Shown here piece after piece: positions 46,706 through 56,353 of a DNA stretch of 64,000 nt. Source of the DNA: Saprospiraceae bacterium. Its GTDB lineage: Bacteria > Bacteroidota > Bacteroidia > Chitinophagales > Saprospiraceae. Position numbers and translations under genes: made by a program. Within the stretch, counting starts at the first letter, position 1, and every line of letters begins with the position of its first letter. The stretch covers positions 6,912,453 through 6,976,452 of the forward strand of contig CBDCVZ010000010.1 in NCBI GenBank assembly GCA_965223215.1, given 5' to 3'. The notes under the pieces were generated by a model that was given only the letters and a program-made list of their open reading frames with translations, did not search any database and had not been told where the DNA came from.

Positions 46706-47995
46706 CTATCCCAACTCGTATTGCTTTATTTTCCGATAGAGGGTTCGCTCGGAAATACCGAGATCTTTAGCGGATTCCTTTCGTCTTCCTTTATGCCTTT
46801 TCAATGCCTTCTTAATCAAGTCTTTCTCCATCTCTTCAATCGATAGGTTTTCTTCCACTACCTCCATGCTGTCGTAATCACTGCGTTGTTTTTGGGCAAT
46901 GATGATCGGCTTAGCAATATCAGGTGGAGGTTCAGTGCTGGTGTCATGACGAAAATCGACCGAGTGTTCTTCCACTCGTTGTGCTTCTCTAGACGGCGAC
47001 CGGTCAGGATTGGATCGGGCTCCCTCCAATTGACGTAGCTGTGTATCAGGGATTCTCAGGTCATTGTTCTGAATGAGTTCAAAAACCAGGCGTTTTAGGT
47101 CGGTGAGATCCGACTTCATATCAAAAAGCAATTTGTAAAGAATCTCTCGTTCAGCCATGGAATCCACCCCATTCGGGCGTTGGGCCAGGGCCGGTAGATT
47201 CCGATTTCGCACGTCAGGAATGAAAGATTCCAGCGTAGGTCCATCAATACTGCGGTCTTCTGACAACACCGAAATTTGTTCAGCTACATTCTTCAATTCG
47301 CGAATATTGCCTGGCCAATTGTATTTGGTCAAGAGTTCCTGGGCCTCTGGAGTTAAGCTGATCGGCGTAGTCCGGTATTTTTCTGCAAAGTCGACGCTGA
47401 ATTTTCGGAATAACATCCAGATGTCCTCTTTCCTAAATCGAAGAGCTGGTACATGAATAGGCACCGTACTCAAGCGATAATATAAGTCTTCTCGAAACTT
47501 TCCCTGTTTGACTCGCTCCGTTAGGTCAATATTGGTGGCAGCAATGACACGTACATCGGTCTTAAGCACCTTTGATGAACCAACCCTTAAAAACTCACCA
47601 CTTTCCAGTATCCGCAATAGAAACGCCTGCGTGTCGAGGGGCATTTCACTGATCTCATCTAAGAAAATGGTCCCGCCATTTACCGTTTCAAAATAGCCCT
47701 TACGCTCGCTGGTAGCCCCGGTAAAAGCCCCTTTTTCGTGTCCAAACAATTCAGAGTTTATCGTGCCCTCAGGGATGGCTCCACAATTGATCGCAATAAA
47801 AGTATTGTGTTTGCGAGGGCTTAATGCATGAATGATTTTCGAGAAAGCTTCTTTCCCAACCCCACTTTCACCAGCGATAAGTACCGAAAGATCGGTGGGT
47901 GCAACTCTGACTGCAGTGCTGAGGGAATGATCCAAAGCACTGGATCTGCCAATGATCCCAAAACGTTGTTTAATGGACTGAATATTGGTGGCCAT
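46706..47995 (-). CDS. sigma-54-dependent transcriptional activator (AAA+ plus C-terminal Fis-type HTH, no receiver/sensor domain)
   Basis: Walker A GESGVGKE, GAFTGA loop (EKGAFTGA), Walker B FLDEI, the ELFGHE-type motif, and a C-terminal HTH AKDLGISERTLYRKIK. Confidence 0.9.
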   Translation of the reverse strand: MATNIQSIKQRFGIIGRSSALDHSLSTAVRVAPTDLSVLIAGESGVGKEAFSKIIHALSPRKHNTFIAINCGAIPEGTINSELFGHEKGAFTGATSERKGYFETVNGGTIFLDEISEMPLDTQAFLLRILESGEFLRVGSSKVLKTDVRVIAATNIDLTERVKQGKFREDLYYRLSTVPIHVPALRFRKEDIWMLFRKFSVDFAEKYRTTPISLTPEAQELLTKYNWPGNIRELKNVAEQISVLSEDRSIDGPTLESFIPDVRNRNLPALAQRPNGVDSMAEREILYKLLFDMKSDLTDLKRLVFELIQNNDLRIPDTQLRQLEGARSNPDRSPSREAQRVEEHSVDFRHDTSTEPPPDIAKPIIIAQKQRSDYDSMEVVEENLSIEEMEKDLIKKALKRHKGRRKESAKDLGISERTLYRKIKQYELG

Positions 47996-47998
47996 AAC

Positions 47999-49402
47999 TT
48001 AAGTAGCAAGTGTTCGTACCATGGCTTCTCCGAGCAGGGTAGCACTGGTTACTTCATGGATCTGAACGTCAACGTAGTCACCGGGTTGGTAACCATCGAT
48101 TTTGGGGAATACCACCATCTTGTTTTGGCTGGTTCTTCCCTTATAATGCGCATTCGACTTCTTAGAGTTGCCCTCAATCAGTACTTTTCTGACCCGACCT
48201 ACCTCGCTTTGATTATGTGCCAGGGAAACACTGTTTTGAAGTTGAATGATTTCCTGTAACCTCCGTTTTTTGACAGCGAGGGGTACGTCATCCTCGTATT
48301 TCTTGGCTGCCAAGGTACCTGGACGCTCAGAGTAATAAAACATGTAAGACATTGAATAGTTGGCATAGGTGATCATCTCCAAGGTATCTCGATGCTCCTC
48401 TTCCGTTTCACTACAAAAACCGGTGATGATGTCTGATGATATGGCACACTCGGGAATAAGCTGCCTGATGCGGTCAATTTTGGCCTGATACCAATTGCGA
48501 TCATACGTTCGGTTCATCAACTTCAGGATGCGGCTGTTGCCAGATTGCACGGGCAGGTGAATGTAGTTGCAGATATTTTGGCGCTGAGCTATGGCGAGCA
48601 TCACCTCATCTGTAATGTCCTTTGGATGAGAGGTTGAAAACCTTACTCTCAAAAGTCCCGAAATATCTGCAACCTTCAGCAACAATTGTGCAAAATTGAT
48701 GGTTTCACCGGTATCGGGATGCTGCCACCGATAAGAATCGACATTCTGGCCGAGCAAGGTGACTTCGCGATACCCCCTTAGATATAGATCTCGAGCCTCA
48801 GCAATGATCGTAAACGGATCTCGACTCCGTTCGCGACCACGGGTAAAGGGCACGACACAAAACGAACACATATTGTCGCAGCCTCTCATGATCGAAATGA
48901 AGGCGGTTACACCATTGCTCGCCAATCTTACTGGACTGATGTCGGCGTAGGTTTCCTCCCGTGATAGAAAGACATTTACACCTTTGTGCCCCGCCTCTGC
49001 ACTGCCCACCAGCATAGGGAGATCACGATAAGCATCGGGCCCTACTACTAGGTCAACCAGTTTCTCTTCTTCCAAAAACTTAGACTTAAGCCGCTCAGCC
49101 ATGCAACCTAAGACACCCACGAGCAGTCCGGGATCTCTTTTTTTCTCCTTGGCAAAGATCCGCAGGCGTTTTCGAACCGTTTCTTCCGCCTTTTCACGAA
49201 TCGAACAAGTGTTAATCAGGATTAGATCGGCCTCAGACATGTTGGTAGTGGCATTAAAACCTGCCTGACCCAAAATCGAGGCTACGATCTCACTGTCGCT
49301 GAAATTCATCTGACATCCATAGCTCTCAATATAGAATTTCCGACCCTTCGCTGGCGTACCTACCGTATCAAGTGCTTCTCCTTGCCGTCCTTCCTCCATC
49401 AT
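47999..49402 (-). CDS. miaB: tRNA-i6A37 methylthiotransferase MiaB
   Basis: The UPF0004 N-domain has YGCQMN...[10 protein letters not shown]. The radical SAM motif is [13 protein letters not shown]-terminal TRAM domain is present. The start is ambiguous (Met at 49459/49429/49402/49399). Confidence 0.9.
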   Translation of the reverse strand: MMEEGRQGEALDTVGTPAKGRKFYIESYGCQMNFSDSEIVASILGQAGFNATTNMSEADLILINTCSIREKAEETVRKRLRIFAKEKKRDPGLLVGVLGCMAERLKSKFLEEEKLVDLVVGPDAYRDLPMLVGSAEAGHKGVNVFLSREETYADISPVRLASNGVTAFISIMRGCDNMCSFCVVPFTRGRERSRDPFTIIAEARDLYLRGYREVTLLGQNVDSYRWQHPDTGETINFAQLLLKVADISGLLRVRFSTSHPKDITDEVMLAIAQRQNICNYIHLPVQSGNSRILKLMNRTYDRNWYQAKIDRIRQLIPECAISSDIITGFCSETEEEHRDTLEMITYANYSMSYMFYYSERPGTLAAKKYEDDVPLAVKKRRLQEIIQLQNSVSLAHNQSEVGRVRKVLIEGNSKKSNAHYKGRTSQNKMVVFPKIDGYQPGDYVDVQIHEVTSATLLGEAMVRTLAT

Positions 49403-49574
49403 TTCCTGTGACCTATGATTAACTTGCATAAACATGTATCTTGCAAAAAAGGCCCACAAAGATAAGAATATTTAAGTGCTAAAGTGCCATTTTGGCAGTT
49501 GCAGCAGGAGTTTTTCCAGGGGATGTAGCGCCACAGAAGGTACCAAACAAATACACCTTACGGTTTTTCAGGAT

Positions 49575-50357
49575 ATGAATCTAGGACTGATAGGATTTCC
49601 CTTGACACACTCTTTTTCCAAACGCTACTTTGCCGATAAGTTCGCGTTCGAATCACTCCAGGGCTATACCTATGAAAACTATGCCCTACAATCTGTTGAG
49701 GAGCTGCCCAAACTCATAGCTGATCATCCATCACTTAGGGGTCTTAATGTGACCATTCCACACAAGCAGTCGATCTTGAGGTATATGGATCAACTGGATG
49801 CAGAGGCGGCCGCCATTGGTGCAGTAAATACAATAGTGATTGGCCCTGATGGATGCCTTGCTGGATACAACTCAGATATCTTTGGTTTTGAAGAATCTTT
49901 GAAACGCTTCATTACCAGGGATTTTGACGGCCAAGCTTTGGTTTTGGGGACCGGAGGTGCAGCCAAGGCAGTCTGGTTTGTCTTGACCAAGTTGGGAATC
50001 CCATTTACGTCGGTTTCAAGAAATCGGAAGCCCGACATTATCAGCTACGATGATCTCACCATAGCGTTGATGCACCAGCATGGTTTGATCATCAATACGA
50101 CACCACTAGGGATGTATCCAAACATCGAAGAATGCCCTGCCATCCCCTATGATTTACTGACTCCCAGCCATTATTTGTACGATCTAATCTATAATCCGGA
50201 GGAAACGGCTTTTATGCAACGGGGCCAAAGCAGAGGTGCCCAGACAAAAAATGGGTATGAAATGTTAGTGCTGCAGGCAGAGCGATCATGGCAGATTTGG
50301 CATGGTGATACGCAGGACGGTGACCCTGATGCATCGGCTTTGTTAGGGGGCTCGTAG
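49575..50357 (+). CDS. aroE: shikimate dehydrogenase
   Basis: From the internal Met: LGLIGFPLTHSFSKRYF, NVTIPHK, GAVNT and GTGGAAKAV are AroE motifs. The longer ORF start at 49476 adds a non-homologous extension. Confidence 0.85.
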   Translation: MNLGLIGFPLTHSFSKRYFADKFAFESLQGYTYENYALQSVEELPKLIADHPSLRGLNVTIPHKQSILRYMDQLDAEAAAIGAVNTIVIGPDGCLAGYNSDIFGFEESLKRFITRDFDGQALVLGTGGAAKAVWFVLTKLGIPFTSVSRNRKPDIISYDDLTIALMHQHGLIINTTPLGMYPNIEECPAIPYDLLTPSHYLYDLIYNPEETAFMQRGQSRGAQTKNGYEMLVLQAERSWQIWHGDTQDGDPDASALLGGS

Positions 50358-50399
50358 CATCTAACTCCAAAAGCAATCCTTTAGTAGGGTGTTGATATG

Positions 50400-50430
50400 T
50401 TAAAGTTTGGGATTATGTCAAACTTTAACT
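50400..50430 (+). other. 11-bp perfect hairpin downstream of aroE (terminator-like, no U-tract)
   Basis: gttaaagtttg / caaactttaac with a 9-nt loop, followed by tcgtcag. Confidence 0.35.
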
Positions 50431-50487
50431 CGTCAGTTGCAACGCAGTTATCTCATGATGGTATCTTATTACTAGAAAGCAAAAACC

Positions 50488-51024
50488 ATGAGGATGCCCT
50501 TTTTGAAGTGCGGCTTTCCGCTACTGATTATACTTCTAATTTCTTGCCATCGGTCTAATGTTGACGCTGAATTGATAGAGTTTGTGGAATCCACAGGTAC
50601 CAGGATTATCGTCGACTCCAATGCGATCGACAGTACCGCGCTTTTCTTTCTGAGGTCAGGAAGTTTCACCGGTGCTTTTACAGAAGGGTCTGGGTATGTG
50701 GAGCCGGGTCTGACTAAGAAATACTTTATATCTGTGGTCGTGAAGGTAGGAGAAGGTGCGCAGGCTATGTTGATGGGGTGGGAGAGTGATGACCTTGCAG
50801 CCGGAAGTTATGAGGGTGAAATTCTAACCATCCTTGTCAGCGAAAATCCTGACGTGTACCTGTCAAGTGGCACCTTCTCGGGCGGGCGTTTCACCGTGGA
50901 GATGGGAGAAGTTGGCGCGGTAGGATCTATCCTGAGTGGAACCTTTCGGGGTACAGCACGGAAGACAGGTCAATCCGACTTGGTTTCATTTGACGGATTA
51001 TTCAATGTGGAGCGAAAGGAATAA
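50488..51024 (+). CDS. lipoprotein (hypothetical), first gene of ECF sigma operon
   Basis: 178 aa with lipobox LISC and beta-rich Gly/Ser/Thr composition. Its stop lies 3 nt before the TTG start of the ECF sigma gene. Confidence 0.5.
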   Translation: MRMPFLKCGFPLLIILLISCHRSNVDAELIEFVESTGTRIIVDSNAIDSTALFFLRSGSFTGAFTEGSGYVEPGLTKKYFISVVVKVGEGAQAMLMGWESDDLAAGSYEGEILTILVSENPDVYLSSGTFSGGRFTVEMGEVGAVGSILSGTFRGTARKTGQSDLVSFDGLFNVERKE

Positions 51025-51027
51025 ATA

Positions 51028-51576
51028 TTGGAGTTAGATCAAATTCTATACGGACTTAAAAAAAATGATCGTTGGTGCCAGCGTGCCTTGTTCTTTAGGT
51101 ACGCCAAATATTTGGCTGCTGTGTGCCGGCGCTATTATGCTGGCTCCTCTGACGACCTTGAAGATCTTCTTCAGGAAGTTTTTATGCAAATCTACAAGAG
51201 CATTCCACTATACGATCCTCAAAAGGGAAACTTTGAAAGCTGGATAAAGACCATAGCCATTCGAGCCACCCTGCGCACCTACCGCAAAAAAGTAATCAAA
51301 TACGAGGCTTTGGACAATTGCCAGCAACCGGCTTTTGATTTGACTGGTTATGACCACCTTCTAGAGATGGATGTACACAAGATTATAGACAAATTGCCGG
51401 AACACTATCGGCAAATATTCCTGATGTATGTGGTGGATGGATTATCCCATGAGGAGATCTCACAAACCCTGTCAATCAATATCAATACCTCCCGATCGCA
51501 ACTGATGCGAGCCAGAAATCTATTGAAGCAATATTTGGAAATCCAAGAAAAGGTGCCTGATTATGAGAATAGATGA
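51028..51576 (+). CDS. RNA polymerase ECF-type sigma-70 family factor
   Basis: 182 aa with a TTG start. Region 2 (EDLLQEVFMQIYKSI, NFESWIKTIAIR) and region 4 (LPEHYRQIFLMYVVDGLSHEEISQTLSININTSRSQLMRAR) are present. Confidence 0.8.
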   Translation: MELDQILYGLKKNDRWCQRALFFRYAKYLAAVCRRYYAGSSDDLEDLLQEVFMQIYKSIPLYDPQKGNFESWIKTIAIRATLRTYRKKVIKYEALDNCQQPAFDLTGYDHLLEMDVHKIIDKLPEHYRQIFLMYVVDGLSHEEISQTLSININTSRSQLMRARNLLKQYLEIQEKVPDYENR

Positions 51577-52975
51577 ATTCGAAAAAATAAGCAGACACAA
51601 CCTTGGCAGGGAGGAAATCGATCTTGACCTTGAACGATCATGGCAGGACCTAGAGAAGCGGTTGGAAAGCGAAATGCCCGTTCGTTCCAGATGGAATCGT
51701 GGATCTGCCTGGAGTCTTTCCTTGCTCGGAGCTCTGCTCATTACCTATTGTGTTAGCGACGGTGCCTTATGGTTTTCTCCGTTCATGTTCGACCAGAGTG
51801 AAGCGACCGCCATGGGTGAGAAACACTCAAAAGTTCCTTCGTTGGTGAAGCAAGACCTTTTGTCCTTATCTAGTGAGGTACCGAGTCGAGACATCGAATC
51901 AAAAAAAAGAGCCTCGAGCCGCATGGTGCCCACTGCTGGTACACCGTCGACGCCACCGCCTGCCCAACATTTGCATGTAATTTCAAATGAGGGCCCGCTC
52001 TACACGATGGAGGGCAGCATAGATCAAAAGTTTGGAGTCAAGCCATTTCGCGAACGACTACCAACATTAATAAACACAAGTGATTTAGGGCAGCGTGATG
52101 AAAAAGATAAGGGGGGGCATGCGGATTGGAACCGAAGAAAGATAAATCCTTTGCCGGATCGTTTAAGCGCATCCACAATTCCCCTTCCAATTGTTTCTGC
52201 ATCTCTTTCAACGGGAGGTAGGGCTACCTCACCAGGCATAAGGCACCAAAGGCGGAGGCTGATTTCCGATGTTCAGCTTTCTTTGGGAGCATCACACGTG
52301 ATGGGCCAATATTATTCTAACAGCGCCGAAAATGGGACCTATGTAGATCTGCTCAACCGAACCATTAAGAATTTGGAGTCGGTTTCGGCAGCAGCGTTGC
52401 TGGGTGTGGACTTGGTACCTGGGTTTTCGCTACGCTCGGGATTCAGGTTTCAACAGCTCAAGGAGGTACTAGAAATCAACCTTGTTTCCGACGTCGAACG
52501 AACGATTGAAAATGCCTTGGTGGAGATAAGGATCAACCCATACACTATGGATTCTACTTTTGTGCACGGGACGGTCGTGCAAAAAGGGCAATCATATAAG
52601 TCCATTCGCCATTATAATTCGATGAATATATGGAGTGTGCCGCTGAAATTCGAATATCTCCCAAAGCATGATAGATGGGGATTTGGAATGTCCGCTGGCT
52701 TGCTCTTTTCTGTTTCTCAGTCTAAGCGAGGACGTTTTCTTCAATTGGATGGGTCGGTGTCAGAGGTGGAGACACGACACCCTAAGGGCATTCACTTTCT
52801 GACCATCGAACCGATTTTTTCCCTTAAGCTAGGTTCGCCACTTTCGATTGAAGCACGACCTTATTTCCAAAGGGCATTTGAGCGGAAACCTGAGGCGCAC
52901 TCCATTTCTCGAAGTCAAACACTACTGGGACTTGACGTTAGTTTACGCTATGATCTTACTACGATAGGGCGCTAA
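51563..52975 (+). CDS. putative anti-sigma factor fused to a C-terminal beta-barrel-like domain (hypothetical)
   Basis: 470 aa, overlapping the sigma gene by 14 nt. A short cytoplasmic N-terminus is followed by one TM (AWSLSLLGALLITYC), a Ser/Pro-rich linker, and about 250 aa of alternating amphipathic beta-strand pattern ending LGLDVSLRYDL. Confidence 0.45.
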   Translation: MRIDEFEKISRHNLGREEIDLDLERSWQDLEKRLESEMPVRSRWNRGSAWSLSLLGALLITYCVSDGALWFSPFMFDQSEATAMGEKHSKVPSLVKQDLLSLSSEVPSRDIESKKRASSRMVPTAGTPSTPPPAQHLHVISNEGPLYTMEGSIDQKFGVKPFRERLPTLINTSDLGQRDEKDKGGHADWNRRKINPLPDRLSASTIPLPIVSASLSTGGRATSPGIRHQRRRLISDVQLSLGASHVMGQYYSNSAENGTYVDLLNRTIKNLESVSAAALLGVDLVPGFSLRSGFRFQQLKEVLEINLVSDVERTIENALVEIRINPYTMDSTFVHGTVVQKGQSYKSIRHYNSMNIWSVPLKFEYLPKHDRWGFGMSAGLLFSVSQSKRGRFLQLDGSVSEVETRHPKGIHFLTIEPIFSLKLGSPLSIEARPYFQRAFERKPEAHSISRSQTLLGLDVSLRYDLTTIGR

Positions 52976-53073
52976 ATGTGCAGTATCTTGGCGGCCAGAA
53001 CTGTATGAGATGGCTGGTTGAGCAATGATTGATTTTGCTTACCTTTCAGGCATAATTTGGGCCTATCCGCCCA

Positions 53074-54273
53074 TTGTGTTGTCCGCCGGTGGAAAAAAAT
53101 CAATACGTAGATTTCTCCAATACAGAGATCGCATTTGGTCTCAAGTCTGATCGTGAACTCAAGAAATCGGCCTGGCTATTCAATCTGATGAATAAGCGAT
53201 GGTTGGTCAGTCTAACGACTCCATTGGCCAATTGGGCCAGTAAGTACCCGATTCCATTCTTCAAATGGATGGTCAAAAGGACCATTTTCGATCAGTTTGT
53301 AGGTGGTGAATACCTCCATGAATGCCAACCTGCCATCGATCGGTTGTGGTCTGCACGAATACTAACCGTCCTGGATTATGGGGCTGAAGGTAAGTCTGAT
53401 GAAGAAGACCTCGATGAAGCTAAAGAGCAGTTTATCCGGGCAATCACTTTTGCCGCATCAAACGAAAGCGTGCCTGTCGTTGGAATTAAGGTTAGCGCTT
53501 TATCAAAAAATCGCCTCTTAGAGTTCGTGCAAAACCAGCAGCAACTGTCCGATCAAGATCAGCATCTCTTTATGCAAGTCAAAGAACGGGTCAATGAGAT
53601 TTGCTCGCATGCCCATCAAATGGGTGTGAAGATTTTTGTCGACGCTGAGGAGAGTTGGATTCAAGACACCATTGATGATCTAGTTGATTCAATGATGGCA
53701 AAGTACAATCTCGAAAGAGTCGTGGTTTATCAGACCTTTCAAATGTACCGACATGATCGACTAGATTTTCTTAAACAATCGTACCATCGAGCGAAGGAGT
53801 TGGGGTATAAACTCGGTGCCAAGATTGTACGTGGGGCCTATTTAGAAAAAGAACGGGATCGAGCTGAGGAAAAGGGATATCCTTCTCCCATTCACAAGAC
53901 AAAAGCAGATACAGATCGCGACTATGATCTAGCTCTTGAATTTTGTCTGAGCAGACACGAGCAGATCGCTTCATGTGCAGCGACTCACAATGCACCAAGT
54001 TGCCTTTTTCAAGCCCAACTCATTGCTGAGCGAAATCTCCCGCGCAACCATCCCCACCTAAATTTTTGCCAATTGTATGGAATGAGTGATAACATTACTT
54101 TTAATTTGGCAGCTAGTGGATATAATGTGGCAAAATATGTAGTATATGGAGAAGTGAGAGAACTGGTTCCCTACCTGGTGAGAAGGGCCGCTGAAAATAC
54201 AGCAGTGAAGGGTGAATTTGGCAGGGAATATTCCTTGATAAAGAAAGAAATGGCAAGAAGAGGATTTAGATGA
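53074..54273 (+). CDS. proline dehydrogenase family protein
   Basis: 399 aa. The N-terminal FSNTEIAFGLKSDRELKK pattern and TIM-barrel motifs (VDAEESW, QTFQMYR, KIVRGAY, LYGM) resemble monofunctional PutA-like proline dehydrogenases. The start codon (TTG) is uncertain. Confidence 0.75.
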   Translation: MCCPPVEKNQYVDFSNTEIAFGLKSDRELKKSAWLFNLMNKRWLVSLTTPLANWASKYPIPFFKWMVKRTIFDQFVGGEYLHECQPAIDRLWSARILTVLDYGAEGKSDEEDLDEAKEQFIRAITFAASNESVPVVGIKVSALSKNRLLEFVQNQQQLSDQDQHLFMQVKERVNEICSHAHQMGVKIFVDAEESWIQDTIDDLVDSMMAKYNLERVVVYQTFQMYRHDRLDFLKQSYHRAKELGYKLGAKIVRGAYLEKERDRAEEKGYPSPIHKTKADTDRDYDLALEFCLSRHEQIASCAATHNAPSCLFQAQLIAERNLPRNHPHLNFCQLYGMSDNITFNLAASGYNVAKYVVYGEVRELVPYLVRRAAENTAVKGEFGREYSLIKKEMARRGFR

Positions 54274-54383
54274 GTTCCCGTGATGGATGCCAGACCTGGG
54301 GAGCGTAACGGCAGGATCTCGAATCTTAAACGCGAACCATTATTGGATTATCAGCGAAATCAGGGTTAGAGAAGAAAACTGAT

Positions 54384-54755
54384 TCAATAGGTATTGGGTG
54401 GAATCTGCAATTGGTTAGCTGCACTGATCTCACTTTCAATATTATAGTGCGAAATGATTTCTCTGATTTTTTTATGACGTAGGTAAAACCACTCGGTTAC
54501 TTCTAATTTGAAATCGCTCCTCCGCGTTGTGTACCGAATACAGGCTCGCTCAGCGTCAAATAACTCGTCGTGAATAGAAAATCGATGACCGAGAAATTTA
54601 TTGCGATTGGCTTTGATCAACGTCATGTAGGCGGATCTTCCTTCAATGGTTCCATAAGGGCTCGTGTGTCGAAAGTCTGTGGTTAAGGGTAGATTATGAA
54701 AATCCCCATTCTCCCAGATTTCAAACCAAGATCGTACAAGTGCTTTGTTTGTCAT
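54384..54755 (-). CDS. SnoaL-like / NTF2 family protein
   Basis: 123 aa. The N-terminal ALVRSWFEIWENGDF pattern is typical of SnoaL-like NTF2-fold proteins. Confidence 0.55.
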   Translation of the reverse strand: MTNKALVRSWFEIWENGDFHNLPLTTDFRHTSPYGTIEGRSAYMTLIKANRNKFLGHRFSIHDELFDAERACIRYTTRRSDFKLEVTEWFYLRHKKIREIISHYNIESEISAANQLQIPPNTY

Positions 54756-54796
54756 ATTACTTCAATGTAGGGGAGAGTTAATTATGGCATCCGCTG

Positions 54797-55288
54797 TCAC
54801 TCACGTTTAAGAATCATTGCACTGATAAAATTAATGACCAATCCAATTATTAGAACAGAAATCGATAAGAGGAGGCTCTGAAACCAAGGGGAGGACGCGA
54901 ATGCTGGTGCTTCCAGCATGCGTTGTTCTAAGGCCTGCATCTCCGTTTCGGTGAGGCCCTGTTGTGTCCATGCAGTAAAAGCATCACCGGCCAGAATAAA
55001 GAAGAGGACGCTGTAAAGATATGTCATCAACGAAAAAACCAACACGATGCCGATGCCGACTCTAAAACCCTGGCCAAAAGAGATCCTGCCACCATTTTCT
55101 TTATCTCTAAAATATTTGATGCCGAGCGGAACAAACATCAGTGCCAGGACCACCGTCAAATAACCCAGGGTTTGAGAGGCCATAGGTCCGTACATCTGTG
55201 CTACAGTAAACCAATTGATTAGACCGAGCGCAATGGAGATGGCACCACCAGTCAATCCAAATCGGAGTGGGTAGTTTTTCATTTGCAT
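54797..55288 (-). CDS. DUF4199 domain-containing membrane protein
   Basis: 163 aa with 4 TM helices. The N-terminal RFGLTGGAISIALGLI pattern is typical of this Bacteroidota-specific family. Confidence 0.6.
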   Translation of the reverse strand: MQMKNYPLRFGLTGGAISIALGLINWFTVAQMYGPMASQTLGYLTVVLALMFVPLGIKYFRDKENGGRISFGQGFRVGIGIVLVFSLMTYLYSVLFFILAGDAFTAWTQQGLTETEMQALEQRMLEAPAFASSPWFQSLLLSISVLIIGLVINFISAMILKRE

Positions 55289-55476
55289 ATCGTGAGCGCA
55301 ATATGGGGGTTTTTCTTAGGATCAGGGATCAATCAAAAGTTTGATTTTTGCCAATCACAGCCCTTTTCTAACCAAAGTATGATGCGCTATAGGTAGGCCA
55401 TGAGCGTCAGGGCGCAGGTCGATGTTATCCTCACCCGCCTATCAACGGGCCATCATTTACTCAAGATCAGAGTGGT

Positions 55477-55875
55477 CTAAACAATGTTTAGCTCTTGCCC
55501 AATCCGAACCGCCTCTGTTCTCCTTTTTGCTTTTAGTTTCTTAAAAATGTGATGAACGTGTGTTTTTACGGTGCTTTCAGAAATGAAGAGTTTATGGGCA
55601 ATTTGCTGATTGGAGAGACCCTCTGAAATCAATGCCAAGACCACCTGTTCCCGTTTGCTTAAGTGAGATCTTTGTTGCTGAAAACTTGTGGTGTTTTTTT
55701 GATCTACGTGGAGCAATTTGCCAATCAGCATGCCAATCAGAAGGAGTAGCAGCCCAGAACAGATGATCCAGAGTTCGGATGCTACGGGAGAAACCCAGAG
55801 AGATATCTTATTTAATTCTAAAAGAATTAAAATGGCCGTTGCTAGACTGCCAAAAATTAAGATGGCTCGCTTCAT
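55477..55875 (-). CDS. membrane-anchored LuxR-type HTH transcriptional regulator
   Basis: 132 aa. Two N-terminal TM helices are followed by LSKREQVVLALISEGLSNQQIAHKLFISESTVKTHVHHIFKKL (LuxR/GerE HTH). Confidence 0.8.
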   Translation of the reverse strand: MKRAILIFGSLATAILILLELNKISLWVSPVASELWIICSGLLLLLIGMLIGKLLHVDQKNTTSFQQQRSHLSKREQVVLALISEGLSNQQIAHKLFISESTVKTHVHHIFKKLKAKRRTEAVRIGQELNIV

Positions 55876-55966
55876 ATCAAAAAGTCTTTTCTAATCATAG
55901 TCCTTACTTTTAATCTGTCCGACAACTTTCTTCCGGCAGCCCGCTGAATTTCTTGAGGATATCAAT

Positions 55967-56353
55967 CTAGTATTGCCCTGTGGCTAGCAATACTAAACTG
56001 CAAGCATGGATTGTTTCAATGCCACGCTCTTCCGCCATCATCTGTAATTCGGTGTTTTCAGTACCCGGGTTAAAAATAATTCGGCGAGGCTTCAACTCGA
56101 AAATATATTCGTAAAGATCGGGTTGACGGGCTGGTCCAACATAGAGCGTAATGGTGTCAATATTTTCCAGTGCTGGCTGGCCCACTAAAATCTGTACTCC
56201 ATTTATATCACCCTTCCTGATTCCAACTGGAATAGCGTCGAAGCCATTTTGAATTAATCGATTAACGGCGGTATAGGAATATCGAGCCGGATTTGGTGAT
56301 GCTCCGAGTACCACGGTACGCAGCGCTTCGGAATTTGCGCCTTCTGCCATCAA
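55967..56353 (-). CDS. CoA-binding domain protein (YccU-like)
   Basis: 128 aa. VVLGASPNPARYSYTAVNRL and INPG motifs are present. It overlaps the stop of the thiolase gene by 4 nt. Confidence 0.7.
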   Translation of the reverse strand: MMAEGANSEALRTVVLGASPNPARYSYTAVNRLIQNGFDAIPVGIRKGDINGVQILVGQPALENIDTITLYVGPARQPDLYEYIFELKPRRIIFNPGTENTELQMMAEERGIETIHACSLVLLATGQY

